A stretch of DNA of 64,000 bases from Candidatus Calditenuis fumarioli (GCA_030059665.1 JANVYR010000001.1:39203-103202), one strand, 5' to 3'. Shown: positions 1-9,532, numbered from the stretch's first letter. Notes: generated by a model not told the origin, from the letters alone. Made by a program: numbers and translations.

Positions 1-553
1 TGGCGGCCTCGTAATCCCCGTACTCGTAATCGACGCGGGCAGCTACGTTGGTGCCGATGTTCTCGTGGACCAGCACCTCCTTCTCCTCGAGCGCTTTCCA
101 CGGGTCAGTGACCGGTTTGAGGGGCTCGTACTCGACCTCGACCAGCTCCGCTGCGTCCTGCGCGGCCGACAGAGACTCGGCCACGACCGCCGCCACCGGC
201 TCGCCCTGGTACCTCACCTTCCTGTACGCCATCGAGTAGTCGACCACGTCCGATGCTGGTGGAGGAACCAGTTGCGGGAACGGCTGCTGGACCCTCGCGA
301 TCTCCTCGCCGGTGAAGACGCCGACGACCCCCGGGACCCTCAGAGCCCCCTCAACGGAGATCGACTTGATCCGGGCGTGGGCCAGATCGCTCCTGACCAG
401 AACTGCGTAAAGCTGTCCGGGCATCCTGAAGTCGTCCACGAACCTCCCGAGCCCACGGACGTGCCTCAGCCCCTCCCTCGTGGGAATTCGCTGACCGACG
501 TACTTCCACTTTAAACCGCGCGGAATCGGGGGAAATCTGTCAGACATCTGCAT
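1..553 (-). CDS. Molybdopterin-dependent oxidoreductase large subunit (xanthine dehydrogenase / CO dehydrogenase / aldehyde oxidase family), N-terminal ~184 aa; the gene runs off the left edge of the window
   Basis: Manual translation of the minus strand from ATG at ~553 gives MQMSDRFPPIPRGLKWKYVGQRIPTREGLRHVRGLGRFVDDFRMPGQLYAVLVRSDLAHARIKSISVEGALRVPGVVGVFTGEEI..., with no stop through position 1. This matches the conserved N-terminus of the Ald_Xan_dh_C / CoxL-XdhA family. It is absent from the ORF track because no stop lies inside the window. Confidence 0.55.
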   Translation of the reverse strand, partial: MQMSDRFPPIPRGLKWKYVGQRIPTREGLRHVRGLGRFVDDFRMPGQLYAVLVRSDLAHARIKSISVEGALRVPGVVGVFTGEEIARVQQPFPQLVPPPASDVVDYSMAYRKVRYQGEPVAAVVAESLSAAQDAAELVEVEYEPLKPVTDPWKALEEKEVLVHENIGTNVAARVDYEYGDYEAA

Positions 554-594
554 TACTCGAGAGCCGGTAGCGCCTATTAGCTCTGATTTCGGGC

Positions 595-1788
595 TCAGAA
601 GCTCCTTGGGAGGCCGAGCGCCCTCGTCGCGAGGAAGTTCAGCACCATCTCCTCCGGAACCGGGCCAGTCTTGAAGAGCCGGACGTCCCTGAAGAACCGC
701 TCGACGTCGTTGTCCTCCGCGAAGCCCATGCCTCCGTAGGTCTGGACTGCCCGGTCGGCAGCGGCGAAAGATGCCCTCGCGGACAGCAGCGAAGCTGCGT
801 TAGCCTCGACGGCGCAGTCCCTGCCGGAGTCGAAGAGACGGGCGGCGTGCTGGAGCAAGAGCTTCGCAGCGTAAAGCTCGGCGTAGACCTGTGCCAGCGG
901 GAACTGGATCCCCTGGTTCGAGCCGATGGGCCTTCCGAAGACGACGCGTTCCCTTGCGTACCTCACCGCCGCGGAGAGCGCGTACTCACCGCACCCGAGG
1001 GCGATCGAGGAGGTCGAGAGCCTCTCGGCGTTGAAGACGTGCTTGAGCACATCCCATCCTTTATCGACCTCGCCGAGGACGTTCTCCTCCGGAACCCACG
1101 CGTCCTCGATGTAGAACTGCGTGGAGGTGAGGGGCCTCATCGACATGCCCTTGATCGGGAAGGCCCTGACGTTGTTCCCCCTCGTCTCGAGAAGCATCAC
1201 CGTGAGCCCGTGCGCCTTCGGCTGAGCGGGGTCGGTCGGCGTGGTCCGGGCAATGAGCAGCACGAGGTCCGCCAAGTGGCCCAGCGTTATCCAGACCTTC
1301 TGGCCCCTGACGACGAAGCCACCGTCCTTTTTGACGGCCTTCGTCTCGATCGCGAAAGTGTTCACGCCGGCGTTCGGCTCGGTGTGGGCTATCGCCATCA
1401 GAATCTTACCCTCCACGAGCGCCTGCAGGTACTTCTCCTTGGCCTCCTTTGTCCCGAACCTCGATATCGCGAGCCCGCCGAAGACGAGCTGCCTCATCAG
1501 GACGTCCCCCGCCGGGAGGCCGCCGCCCTGCCTCGAGACCTCGTTCATCGCCGCACAGGCCGCCTCCATCCCCATCCCAAGCCCTCCGTACTCCTCGGGG
1601 ACCGTGATCCCGAAGAAGCCCTGCCTTGCGGCCGCCTCGAAGTACTCTTTTGGGAACTCCCGGTTCCTGTCCTTCTCCCTCCAGTAATCGACGGGGTAGG
1701 AGCGCATCAGCTCCTGTGCCTGGCGCCTCAAGAGCACGAGGTCCTCGCTCTCCGGGAGGTCTATCACGTAGATGAGCGTGTTGCGCAT
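595..1788 (-). CDS. Acyl-CoA dehydrogenase
   Basis: The 397-aa product from the internal M (MRNTLIYVIDLPESED...) has the ACAD fold: an N-terminal alpha domain, a middle beta domain with YGGLG, and a C-terminal domain with GGMGF. The track ORF 595..2121 has a non-homologous N-terminal extension that overlaps the next gene, so it was trimmed to the ATG at 1788. Confidence 0.85.
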   Translation of the reverse strand: MRNTLIYVIDLPESEDLVLLRRQAQELMRSYPVDYWREKDRNREFPKEYFEAAARQGFFGITVPEEYGGLGMGMEAACAAMNEVSRQGGGLPAGDVLMRQLVFGGLAISRFGTKEAKEKYLQALVEGKILMAIAHTEPNAGVNTFAIETKAVKKDGGFVVRGQKVWITLGHLADLVLLIARTTPTDPAQPKAHGLTVMLLETRGNNVRAFPIKGMSMRPLTSTQFYIEDAWVPEENVLGEVDKGWDVLKHVFNAERLSTSSIALGCGEYALSAAVRYARERVVFGRPIGSNQGIQFPLAQVYAELYAAKLLLQHAARLFDSGRDCAVEANAASLLSARASFAAADRAVQTYGGMGFAEDNDVERFFRDVRLFKTGPVPEEMVLNFLATRALGLPRSF

Positions 1789-1848
1789 GTGAAAAACCAA
1801 TGCCGCAAAGGAAGCAGATCTAATTCGCAGCCTATCGGGTGAGATGAC

Positions 1849-2820
1849 GTGGTCCTGGTACTGAGCGGGAAGGATGTGAGGTCCCTCATCGGGCCGAGGG
1901 AGGCGCTGTCGGTGGCCACGGAGTTCTTCAGGACCTTCGACGAGGGCGACTACCGGATCCCCGAGAGGACCGTTCTGGCCGATGAAGGTGAAGGGTACGT
2001 CTGGCTCTTCATGCCCTCCTCCTCGAGGGCCCTTAACGCGCTGGCGCTGAAGGTGGTGAACGAGTACAGGCGGAACCCTGAGCTTGGCCTTCCACACGCG
2101 CAGGGCCTGACGCTGCTTCACGACCTCTCCAACGGAAGACTGCTCTGCCTGCTAGACAGCCACGCGCTGACGCAGGTGAGGACTGCAGCGATGACGTGCG
2201 TCGCCGCGGACCGGCTCTCAAGCGGAGGTGCGGAGGTCCTCGCGGTGATAGGCAGCGGGGATCAGGCGAGGGTCAACGCCGAGTACCTCAAGGAGGTGCT
2301 GAGGCCGTCGTCGATCAGGGTCTACAGCAGGAGCAGGGAGAGGAGGGAGGCCTTCGCGGCAGAGCTGGAGCGGTTGCTCGGGATCGAGGTGACCGTTTGC
2401 GGTTCGCCCTCGGAGGCCTTGAAGGGAGCTGATGCGGTGCTGACCGCGACCAACTCGGCGACCCCGGTCCTGAACGGCGATGACCTTGAGGAGGACGCCC
2501 TCGTGATGAGCCTCGGAGCACTGCCCACCAGGAGGGAGCTGGACCTGCGCACCTTCGAGAGGACCTCTTTCGTCTGCGCCGACAGGAGGGCGAGCGTCGT
2601 GAAGGAGGCGGGAGACGTGATCGAGGCTCTCCGTCGTGGAGTTCTGAGGGAGGATGAGATCGCGGAGCTCCCGGAGGTCGTCAGGGGATCCAAAGAGCCC
2701 GTGACGTCGGGGATCAGGGTCTACAAGTCCGTCGGTTTCGCGGCGATAGACCTGTTCTTCTCATTGAGGCTGTACGAGATGGCCCGCGACCGGAAGGTGG
2801 GACGCGAGGTCGAGCTCTAG
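1849..2820 (+). CDS. Ornithine cyclodeaminase / mu-crystallin family protein (paralog 1)
   Basis: 323 aa. A Rossmann GSGDQARVNAEYL NAD-binding motif and overall OCD/mu-crystallin architecture. The start is MVLVLSGKDVRSL, typical for this family. Confidence 0.8.
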   Translation: MVLVLSGKDVRSLIGPREALSVATEFFRTFDEGDYRIPERTVLADEGEGYVWLFMPSSSRALNALALKVVNEYRRNPELGLPHAQGLTLLHDLSNGRLLCLLDSHALTQVRTAAMTCVAADRLSSGGAEVLAVIGSGDQARVNAEYLKEVLRPSSIRVYSRSRERREAFAAELERLLGIEVTVCGSPSEALKGADAVLTATNSATPVLNGDDLEEDALVMSLGALPTRRELDLRTFERTSFVCADRRASVVKEAGDVIEALRRGVLREDEIAELPEVVRGSKEPVTSGIRVYKSVGFAAIDLFFSLRLYEMARDRKVGREVEL

Positions 2821-3944
2821 AGGGTGCTCGGCAGACCGAGGCCGCGGTGAGCGATGTAGGCCAGCGCGATTTCCTGCGTGACCGGCCCCGCCATCAGAAC
2901 CCAGACCTCCCTCACCAGCCTCTCGACGGTCGTCCCCTTTAGGAAGCCGTGACCGGCGAAGACCCTCATCGCGGTCGAGACCGATTCCATCGCGACCTCA
3001 GCGCCGAGGTACTTGGCAGCCATCGCGTCCACCTCGACCGATTCACCTCTATCGAACCTCTCCGCCACCTGGAGCACGTACGCCTTGAGGGCCGAGAGCT
3101 TAGCGCTGATCGCCGCGAGCGGTAGCTGTACCCCCTGGTTAGCGCCTATTGGTCTTCCGAAGGCCCTCCTCGAGGAAGCCCACCTGATGGCCCTCGAGAG
3201 CGCGAGCTCAGCAATGCCCGCACCGACAGCGCCGTACGCTATCCTGTCGGCCACGAGAGCCCTGGAGAGCGCGACCCAGCCCGCACCCGGCTCGCCGATC
3301 ACGTCCTCCTCTCCCACCGTGCAGCCCTTCAGCACCAGCTCTCCCACCGGAAGATGACCCATAGAGAGCGATGGCCTCACTGCGAACTCGACCCCGGGAC
3401 TCGACTTATCGAGGAGGAAGAGCGTCAACCCCTTCCACCACCTACCGCCCTCAGGCTCGGAGGTCCTGCAGAGGACGAGGTAGTGCGTGGCCCTGATGAG
3501 GTTAGCCACGAGGAACTTCCTGCCCTCGATGACGTACCCGGAACCGGACCTTCGAGCACGTGCCCCGATGCCCGACGGGTCAGATCCGGCCTGCTCCTCG
3601 GTCACCGCGAGCCCGCAGAGGTAACGCCCCTCCGCAAGGCCCCTCAGGAATTCCCTGTGCCTGTCTTTTCCGAAGGACTCTATCACCTTCCCCGCGAGGT
3701 TGTTGCTGATCAGGGGGTAGACGCCGATCCCCGCACCGGACGAGACGATGCCCATCACCGCCTCGCAGAGCTCCCTCAGGCCCATCCCGAGCCCCCCGCT
3801 CTCGCGGGACAGAATCAGTCCTGGCACCCTCCGCTCCGAGACGTGCCTCCAGAACTCCTCCGGGAACCTGCCCTGCGCCTCGCACCCGTTCCAGTAATCG
3901 TCTCCGAAGGGGCTCAGGTCCAGACCATCGACTATTGACGACAT
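2817..3944 (-). CDS. Acyl-CoA dehydrogenase (second paralog)
   Basis: 375 aa from the internal M (MSSIVDGLDLSPFGDDYW...). ACAD middle and C-terminal domains are present (GAGWVALSRALVADRIAYGAVG, ...FAGHGF). The longer track ORF would overlap the downstream gene, so it was trimmed. Confidence 0.8.
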   Translation of the reverse strand: MSSIVDGLDLSPFGDDYWNGCEAQGRFPEEFWRHVSERRVPGLILSRESGGLGMGLRELCEAVMGIVSSGAGIGVYPLISNNLAGKVIESFGKDRHREFLRGLAEGRYLCGLAVTEEQAGSDPSGIGARARRSGSGYVIEGRKFLVANLIRATHYLVLCRTSEPEGGRWWKGLTLFLLDKSSPGVEFAVRPSLSMGHLPVGELVLKGCTVGEEDVIGEPGAGWVALSRALVADRIAYGAVGAGIAELALSRAIRWASSRRAFGRPIGANQGVQLPLAAISAKLSALKAYVLQVAERFDRGESVEVDAMAAKYLGAEVAMESVSTAMRVFAGHGFLKGTTVERLVREVWVLMAGPVTQEIALAYIAHRGLGLPSTL

Positions 3945-4033
3945 TTCACCCGCCTTCTCGCTCGACCCGGGTAAAAAGTTGGTCGATCGCCACGTCAAGA
4001 TATAATAGCTGGACAGTGGGGAATCTCAGTGCT

Positions 4034-5362
4034 ATGGCGACGGCCACTTCCTCAAAACCCTCGAGGAAGACGCTTTACATCGCGGTCGGAGTCGTGATCG
4101 TGATCGCGCTGATAGCCGCTGCGGTCCTCGTGGTGATGAACCCGTTCCAGCAACAGCAGAAGGAGATCGTCATAGGGCTTTCACTTCCCCTGACGAACCC
4201 TGTCGGCATCCACGCGCGTAAGGCGGCCGAGCTAGCGGTGGAGGAGATCAACGCCGCGGGTGGTGTCAGGCTCAAGGACGGAGTTTACAGGCTGAGGCTC
4301 GTTGCGGAGGACACGAACGAGATGGACCCGCTGATCCCGGTAGACCAGGGTGTTGCTGCCTTCAAGCGGCTGATCGAAGTCCACGGAGCTCAAGTGATCG
4401 TCGGCGGCGTTAGGACGGACGTCGTCGTCGCACAGACGCAGCTCCTCTCCCAGTACAAGATCGTGTACCTCGACATTGAGTCGAACCAGGGCATCGTCGA
4501 GGGCAAGGTCAAGGACGATTACCAGAACTACAAGTACTACTTCCACTTCTTCGGAGGAGGCCCCAAGTCGTCTGCAGGGCCGCTGATCATCGGCTTCCTC
4601 CAGCGGCTTAAGGACATGTCCGCGAAGGACCCGAAGATGCCGGACGTCTCCAAGGTGGCCCTCCTGGCTGAGAACGCCCTCTGGACCGTCGGCCTTGCGG
4701 GGAGGCCAGCAGGTAACTCGACGTTCTTCAAGCGCCTCGCCGACCTCGGTTTCAAGCTGGTCTACGCCGAGCTCTACCCGACCACCGAGTCGGACTTCTC
4801 CAGCTACCTCGCCAAGATGAAGGCCCAGTGCCCTGGAGTGATCGTCTTCCTCTTCTCCGGCCCGCCGGGGATAATCTTCACCAAGCAGTGGCAGGACTAC
4901 GACTGGTCGCCGTGCAAGAAGCCGATAGTCTTCGGTCCAGGGCTGCTCGGAGGGTTCTCCTGGTTCTGGGACCAGACGCAGGGCAAGGCTCAGGGAACCA
5001 TCTGGTGGCCCTCCACCGTCAGGGTCCAGGTGACGCCTAAGACGGTCGAGTTCATCGACAAGTTCAAGCGGAGGTACGGAGAGACGCCGAACACCGCCGC
5101 GATCGACGCCTACGACGCCATCTACGTCCTGAAGGATGCCCTCGAGAGGGCCGGTACATGGCAGGCCGAGGAGCTGGTGAAGGCGCTGGAGCAGACCGAC
5201 TACGTCGGCGTCATGGGCCGGATCAAGTTCTCCAGGGAGAACCACGGCCTCGACTTCACGTACGAGAACATCTACAGGTACTTCGGACAGTGGCAGAACG
5301 GAGAGCTGGTCCCCGTCTGGGAGAGCACCTGGCCCGAGATAAAGAACCTCCTGATCCCGTAA
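4034..5362 (+). CDS. Branched-chain amino acid ABC transporter substrate-binding protein (LivJ/LivK-like, type I periplasmic binding fold), membrane-anchored
   Basis: 442 aa from the internal M (MATATSSKPSRKTLYIAVGVVIVIALIAAAVLVV, an N-terminal signal/anchor helix). It lies directly upstream of LivH/LivM/LivG homologs. The track ORF starts 33 codons earlier with no hydrophobic segment. Confidence 0.8.
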   Translation: MATATSSKPSRKTLYIAVGVVIVIALIAAAVLVVMNPFQQQQKEIVIGLSLPLTNPVGIHARKAAELAVEEINAAGGVRLKDGVYRLRLVAEDTNEMDPLIPVDQGVAAFKRLIEVHGAQVIVGGVRTDVVVAQTQLLSQYKIVYLDIESNQGIVEGKVKDDYQNYKYYFHFFGGGPKSSAGPLIIGFLQRLKDMSAKDPKMPDVSKVALLAENALWTVGLAGRPAGNSTFFKRLADLGFKLVYAELYPTTESDFSSYLAKMKAQCPGVIVFLFSGPPGIIFTKQWQDYDWSPCKKPIVFGPGLLGGFSWFWDQTQGKAQGTIWWPSTVRVQVTPKTVEFIDKFKRRYGETPNTAAIDAYDAIYVLKDALERAGTWQAEELVKALEQTDYVGVMGRIKFSRENHGLDFTYENIYRYFGQWQNGELVPVWESTWPEIKNLLIP

Positions 5363-5380
5363 GCCCTCAGTGACAGCATC

Positions 5381-6238
5381 ATGGCCGAACCGCTCGTCGT
5401 TTTCTTCTACGGTCTCGTCACGAGCCTGATCTTCGCCCTCTACTCCGTGGGCTTCTCGCTCGTCTTCGGCGTGGCGAGGGTGATCGACGCAGCATACGGG
5501 ATCTGGTACACGACGGCCGCCTACCTGGTCTACGCCCTGGTGACGAGGTTGCTGCTCCCGCTTCCGGTGACGGTAGTAGTTGTGGTGGCCTCGATGGTCG
5601 CCCTCGGCATCAGCTATTACGCGGTCCTTGTGAGGGGCCTGCAGGAGAAGGTGGAAATGATAATGACCACGTTCCTCGTGGCGCTGATGGCACAGTACCT
5701 GATAGTTGCGATCTTCACCAACTTCCCGTGGTCTATACCGGCCCTCTTCCCAGGGTCTACGCAGGTCCTCGGAGTCTCCCTCTTCAACCAGCAGGTCGCC
5801 GCGGCGATCACCGCGTTCCTCCTACTGCTCGTCCTCTGGTACCTGGTCTACCGGACGAAGATGGGGCTCGCGATAAGGGCGGTCGCCCAGGACAAGGAGG
5901 CGGCCCTCCTCATGGGCATCAACCCCGACAGGGTGATGGCCTTCACGCTGGCGCTCTCCTGCTCCCTCGCAGGGATAGCGGCTCTTCTTCAGGCTCCCAA
6001 CTCGGTGATCTCACCGACGATGGGCTGGCCGATGCTGACCCTCGCCTTCGCGGTGGTGGTCCTCGGGGGAATGGGGGACTTCTTCGGAGCCATCATAGCT
6101 AGCTTCATCATAGGATTCTCCTACCAGCTGATAACTAACCTGGTCAACCCGCTCTACTCGATGGCCGCGGCGCTCGCCATGATCCTCCTCGTCCTCTGGC
6201 TGAGGCCCAGGGGCCTCTTCGGGAGGTCGCTGGAGTGA
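5381..6238 (+). CDS. livH: Branched-chain amino acid ABC transporter permease LivH-type
   Basis: 285-aa polytopic membrane protein with the LivH-family N-terminus (MAEPLVVFFYGLVTSLIFALYSVGFSLVFGV). It sits in an operon with LivM and LivG. Confidence 0.85.
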   Translation: MAEPLVVFFYGLVTSLIFALYSVGFSLVFGVARVIDAAYGIWYTTAAYLVYALVTRLLLPLPVTVVVVVASMVALGISYYAVLVRGLQEKVEMIMTTFLVALMAQYLIVAIFTNFPWSIPALFPGSTQVLGVSLFNQQVAAAITAFLLLLVLWYLVYRTKMGLAIRAVAQDKEAALLMGINPDRVMAFTLALSCSLAGIAALLQAPNSVISPTMGWPMLTLAFAVVVLGGMGDFFGAIIASFIIGFSYQLITNLVNPLYSMAAALAMILLVLWLRPRGLFGRSLE

Positions 6239-7155
6239 TGTCAGCCGTCAGACCCTCGCACCTCGCGGGCATCGCGTTGCTGGTGGTGCTCGCCGTGCTA
6301 CCAGCGCTGCCTGGGATGAGGGCGCTGCTCTTCCCGCTGACGCTCACCAACATAATGGCCACACTGGCGATAGCCTGGAACCTCCTCTTCGGCTACGCGG
6401 GCCTCCTCAGCCTGGGTCACTCGTTCTTCTTCGGTGCTGCGGGCTACGCCTCCGCGATCCTCTCGAAGAGCTACGGGATACCGGTACCGGTCGCGATGGT
6501 CATCGGCGCAGCGGTCTCCTCCGGCATCGCAGCCCTCGTCGGCCTCCCGAGCTTGAAGCTTAGGGGCCACTACTTCGTGCTGGTGACGCTCGTCCTCCCA
6601 GCGGTTGCTTACCAGCTGACGAACGCTCTGGACGTCCTCGGAGGCCACGACGGGATCTTCGGGGTACCGCCCCTTGTCAGGGACTCCTACGCGGTCTACC
6701 TCGGCAGCCTTTTCCTCATGCTCGCATCGCTGGTCGCATCCGCGTTCGTGATCAGGTCCCGGTTGGGGGTGGAGATGATCTCGGTGAGGGAGGACGAGGA
6801 GGCAGCGAAGGCCCTTGGCGTCGACACGCCGAGGGTCAAGCTGTACGCGCTGATGATCAGCGCCTTCCTCTCCGGCCTCGCGGGAGCCTACTGGGCCCAC
6901 CTCAACGGCGTCATCAGCCCATCGGTCTACGAGCTGGAGAAGGCGAGCATGCCACTGCTGATGAGCGTTCTGGGAGGGAAGGGCACGCTCCTCGGACCGG
7001 TGATCGGAGCATACGTGATCCAGACGCTCTTCGAGTCGCTGAAGATCGAGGCTATAGCGACGGCCAGGCTCTTCGTCTTCGCCGCAGCCACCTTCGCGAT
7101 CTACAGGATCTTCCCGCAGGGCCTCATGGGCGTGCTGAGGCGGGTGATAGGTTGA
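6235..7155 (+). CDS. livM: Branched-chain amino acid ABC transporter permease LivM-type
   Basis: 306-aa membrane protein. Its start overlaps the livH stop in a 4-nt ATGA overlap. LivM-like (AWNLLFGYAGLLSLGHSFFFGAGAY). Confidence 0.85.
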   Translation: MMSAVRPSHLAGIALLVVLAVLPALPGMRALLFPLTLTNIMATLAIAWNLLFGYAGLLSLGHSFFFGAAGYASAILSKSYGIPVPVAMVIGAAVSSGIAALVGLPSLKLRGHYFVLVTLVLPAVAYQLTNALDVLGGHDGIFGVPPLVRDSYAVYLGSLFLMLASLVASAFVIRSRLGVEMISVREDEEAAKALGVDTPRVKLYALMISAFLSGLAGAYWAHLNGVISPSVYELEKASMPLLMSVLGGKGTLLGPVIGAYVIQTLFESLKIEAIATARLFVFAAATFAIYRIFPQGLMGVLRRVIG

Positions 7156-7874
7156 GCGAGGTCCTGGTGACTCGGGACCTGAGGAAGTCCTTCGGCGGGA
7201 TCGCTGCGGTCAACGGCGTCGACCTCACGGTCAGGGAGGGCGAGCTGACGGCGATCATAGGCCCGAACGGCGCGGGCAAGACCACGCTCTTCAACCTCAT
7301 CACGGGCTTCGAGCGGCCCGACTCGGGGAAGGTCTACTTCATGGGACGGGACGTGACCGGCGAGAAGCCGTATAATTTGGCGAGGATGGGGCTCATCAGG
7401 ACCTTCCAGATCGTGAGGCCCCTCAGGAACCTGACCGTTCTCCAGAACGTTCTGATAGGGTGCAGGGTGCGGGGACTAGGTCCTGAAGCCGCAGAGGAGA
7501 GTCTCAGGGCCGTCGGGCTCTGGGAGAAGAGGGACGTCCTCGCGTCGCTACTGACGCACGGCGAGCTGAAGAAGCTCGAGCTGGCCAGGGCCCTCGCGAT
7601 GAGGCCGAAGCTGCTGCTCTTGGACGAGCCCCTGGGAGGCCTGACCTTCTCCGAGGCGGAGGAGGTGACCGGCGCTATCCGGGAGGCGAACGCTAACGGC
7701 ACCACGGTCGTTCTGGTGGAGCACCGGCTGAGGGAGACCTTCAGGATCGTGAGGAGGGTCGTGGTGATGAACCAGGGGAGGATCATCTACGACGGCCTGC
7801 CCGAGAACGTGGCGAAGACCGAGGAGGTCGTGAAGGCGTACATGGGAGGGAGGGGGTGGGTCCTCGGGACCTGA
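7152..7874 (+). CDS. livG: Branched-chain amino acid ABC transporter ATP-binding protein LivG-type
   Basis: 240 aa. Walker A GPNGAGKTT, ABC signature region and Walker B LLLLDEP. The TTG start overlaps the livM stop; a GTG 15 nt downstream is an alternative. Confidence 0.85.
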   Translation: MSEVLVTRDLRKSFGGIAAVNGVDLTVREGELTAIIGPNGAGKTTLFNLITGFERPDSGKVYFMGRDVTGEKPYNLARMGLIRTFQIVRPLRNLTVLQNVLIGCRVRGLGPEAAEESLRAVGLWEKRDVLASLLTHGELKKLELARALAMRPKLLLLDEPLGGLTFSEAEEVTGAIREANANGTTVVLVEHRLRETFRIVRRVVVMNQGRIIYDGLPENVAKTEEVVKAYMGGRGWVLGT

Positions 7875-7955
7875 CCTGGAACCGCACCGTCCGCTCAACT
7901 CCAGCACGATCTAACGCCAATATCCCGGATTGGACTGTCAACTTCACGGACTTCC

Positions 7956-8528
7956 TTGATCGCGGAGGCGCTCTCTAGGGTGTTTGCCCGGATCTGGAGG
8001 ATCGAGCCGTACAGGTTCTGGACTCACAAATGCGCGCTCGTCGGTGCGGTCTCGAGAGGCGCTGAGAGGGTCCTGGACGTCGGATGCGGGCCTCGCCTCT
8101 ACAGGAACTGCTGCGAAGCGGTGGAGTACGTGGGCCTCGACCTCCATGGCAGACCGGAGGTCATCGGATCCGCATCAGCGCTCCCCTTCAGGGACGGATC
8201 GTTCGACGCCGTGGTCGCGATGGACGTGCTGGAGCACGTGGAGGAGATCGACGCTGCAGCCTCCGAGTGCCACCGCGTTCTGAGGGAAGGCGGAAGACTA
8301 CTTCTGGTGACGCCCAATGCGCTCGGCTTCGGCACCTTCGACAGCCTCGCGGACCCGACGCACAGGCACCACCTGACCTGGAGGAGCGCGACCGAGCTCC
8401 TGACGAGGGCCGGTTTCAGAAGGCTCTCGAGCGTGACAACGCAGCTCCACGTCTTCCCGCCTCTCAACCGCCGGGTGAGAAGCCTCACCTTCTTGCAGCA
8501 GTCCGTCTGCCTGATCGCGACGAAATGA
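7956..8528 (+). CDS. Class I SAM-dependent methyltransferase (Methyltransf_11-like)
   Basis: 190 aa. Motif I VLDVGCGPRLY, then a DAVVAMDVLEHV motif and GGRLLLVTPN. The TTG start is uncertain. Confidence 0.65.
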   Translation: MIAEALSRVFARIWRIEPYRFWTHKCALVGAVSRGAERVLDVGCGPRLYRNCCEAVEYVGLDLHGRPEVIGSASALPFRDGSFDAVVAMDVLEHVEEIDAAASECHRVLREGGRLLLVTPNALGFGTFDSLADPTHRHHLTWRSATELLTRAGFRRLSSVTTQLHVFPPLNRRVRSLTFLQQSVCLIATK

Positions 8529-9532
8529 ACGTGATCGGCAGGTTCCTCCGGTCGCCGCTCGCGGGCCTACTCATCGCTGGCGTAGTGATCCCTTTGGTCC
8601 TGCTGAGGGCCGGGGGAATAGGGCTGGAGGACCTGATGGACGTGGGGCCGGATCTTCTGGCAACGTCGCTGGCGCTGAACGGGCTCAGGTTCCTCGCGCA
8701 GGGCATGAGGCTCCACGCGCTCCTCAACGCAGCGGGCGTCCGGCAAAAGCTAACCCGCTCCGTGCTTATACGTGGAGCGAGCGAGTTCTTCGCGCTGACC
8801 GTCTTCCCCTTCGGCGCCGACGAGGCCTTCAGGACGGCCGTTCTCACGCGGCTCGGCCTCAGCGTCTGGACCTCCCTCAGGATCGCGTTCGCGGAGCTGA
8901 TCTTCGACGTGATGGTCGTCGCGCCCTTCGCTTTGGTAGCAGGAACCATAGCCCTCTCGGCCGGTAACGCCCACCTCGCCGCCTTACTCATACCGGTCGC
9001 GTCTGTCCAGCTGACGTTCTCGCTCGCGATCTCCAGCGTGGTCCTGAAGGGCACCGTCCCGAGGTCGAGGGTGATCGGGTGGGTGAGCTCGGTGACGTCG
9101 AGGTTCAGGGTCGGTGGCCTCAACCGCCCGGTGAGTGAGGAAGGGTGGACCGATGACCGCTCGGACCTCCGGAAACCCCAGCTCGTCGCGTCGATGACGC
9201 TCCTCTCGTTGGCCGTGATGCTCGCCCACGCGGTTCTTCTTCAGCTAGCGCTGAGCTCCTGGGGCATCGACCTCATCGTGGCCGTCATCGCCTTCTCCTC
9301 CGGCGGCGTTCTCGGATCGCTTCCCGTTACCGTGGGCGGAGCTGGCCTGACCGAGGCCGGGATACACCTCGCGCTCAGGTCCCTCTTCGGCGTCGACGAC
9401 CTGGAGGCCGTGCTGAAGTGGCGGCTGATGACCTACCACGTCTGCCTCGCCCTCTCGGCGCTCATTTTGCTCCTCTACGGCAGGAGAGTTAGGCAAGCTC
9501 CCGCGATCGGCGAGTCTCCCTCTGCCAGATGA
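8525..9532 (+). CDS. Lysylphosphatidylglycerol-synthase-TM / flippase-like (UPF0104-type) integral membrane protein
   Basis: 335 aa from the internal M (MNVIGRFLRSPLAGLLIAGVVIPLVLL...), with multiple TM helices. Its ATG overlaps the methyltransferase stop (ATGA). The longer track ORF 8084..9532 is an out-of-frame N-terminal extension across the methyltransferase gene. Confidence 0.6.
   Translation: MNVIGRFLRSPLAGLLIAGVVIPLVLLRAGGIGLEDLMDVGPDLLATSLALNGLRFLAQGMRLHALLNAAGVRQKLTRSVLIRGASEFFALTVFPFGADEAFRTAVLTRLGLSVWTSLRIAFAELIFDVMVVAPFALVAGTIALSAGNAHLAALLIPVASVQLTFSLAISSVVLKGTVPRSRVIGWVSSVTSRFRVGGLNRPVSEEGWTDDRSDLRKPQLVASMTLLSLAVMLAHAVLLQLALSSWGIDLIVAVIAFSSGGVLGSLPVTVGGAGLTEAGIHLALRSLFGVDDLEAVLKWRLMTYHVCLALSALILLLYGRRVRQAPAIGESPSAR

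Noticed and set aside
48-514. Plus-strand ORFs of 63 and 149 aa at the left edge
   Set aside because: The minus strand in this region translates into a conserved xanthine-DH-family N-terminus without stops. The plus-strand ORFs are shadow frames.
847-1842. 331-aa plus-strand ORF inside the first acyl-CoA dehydrogenase gene
   Set aside because: It is antisense to a well-supported ACAD gene. Its Arg/Pro/Gly-rich low-complexity translation is typical of GC-rich shadow ORFs.
4232-5245. 337-aa minus-strand ORF
   Set aside because: Antisense to the Liv substrate-binding protein gene, with no domain signal.
8084-8524. N-terminal 147 codons of track ORF 8084..9532
   Set aside because: It overlaps the SAM-methyltransferase gene in another frame with an RG-rich translation. 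The membrane protein starts at MNVIGRF (8525), which overlaps the methyltransferase stop.
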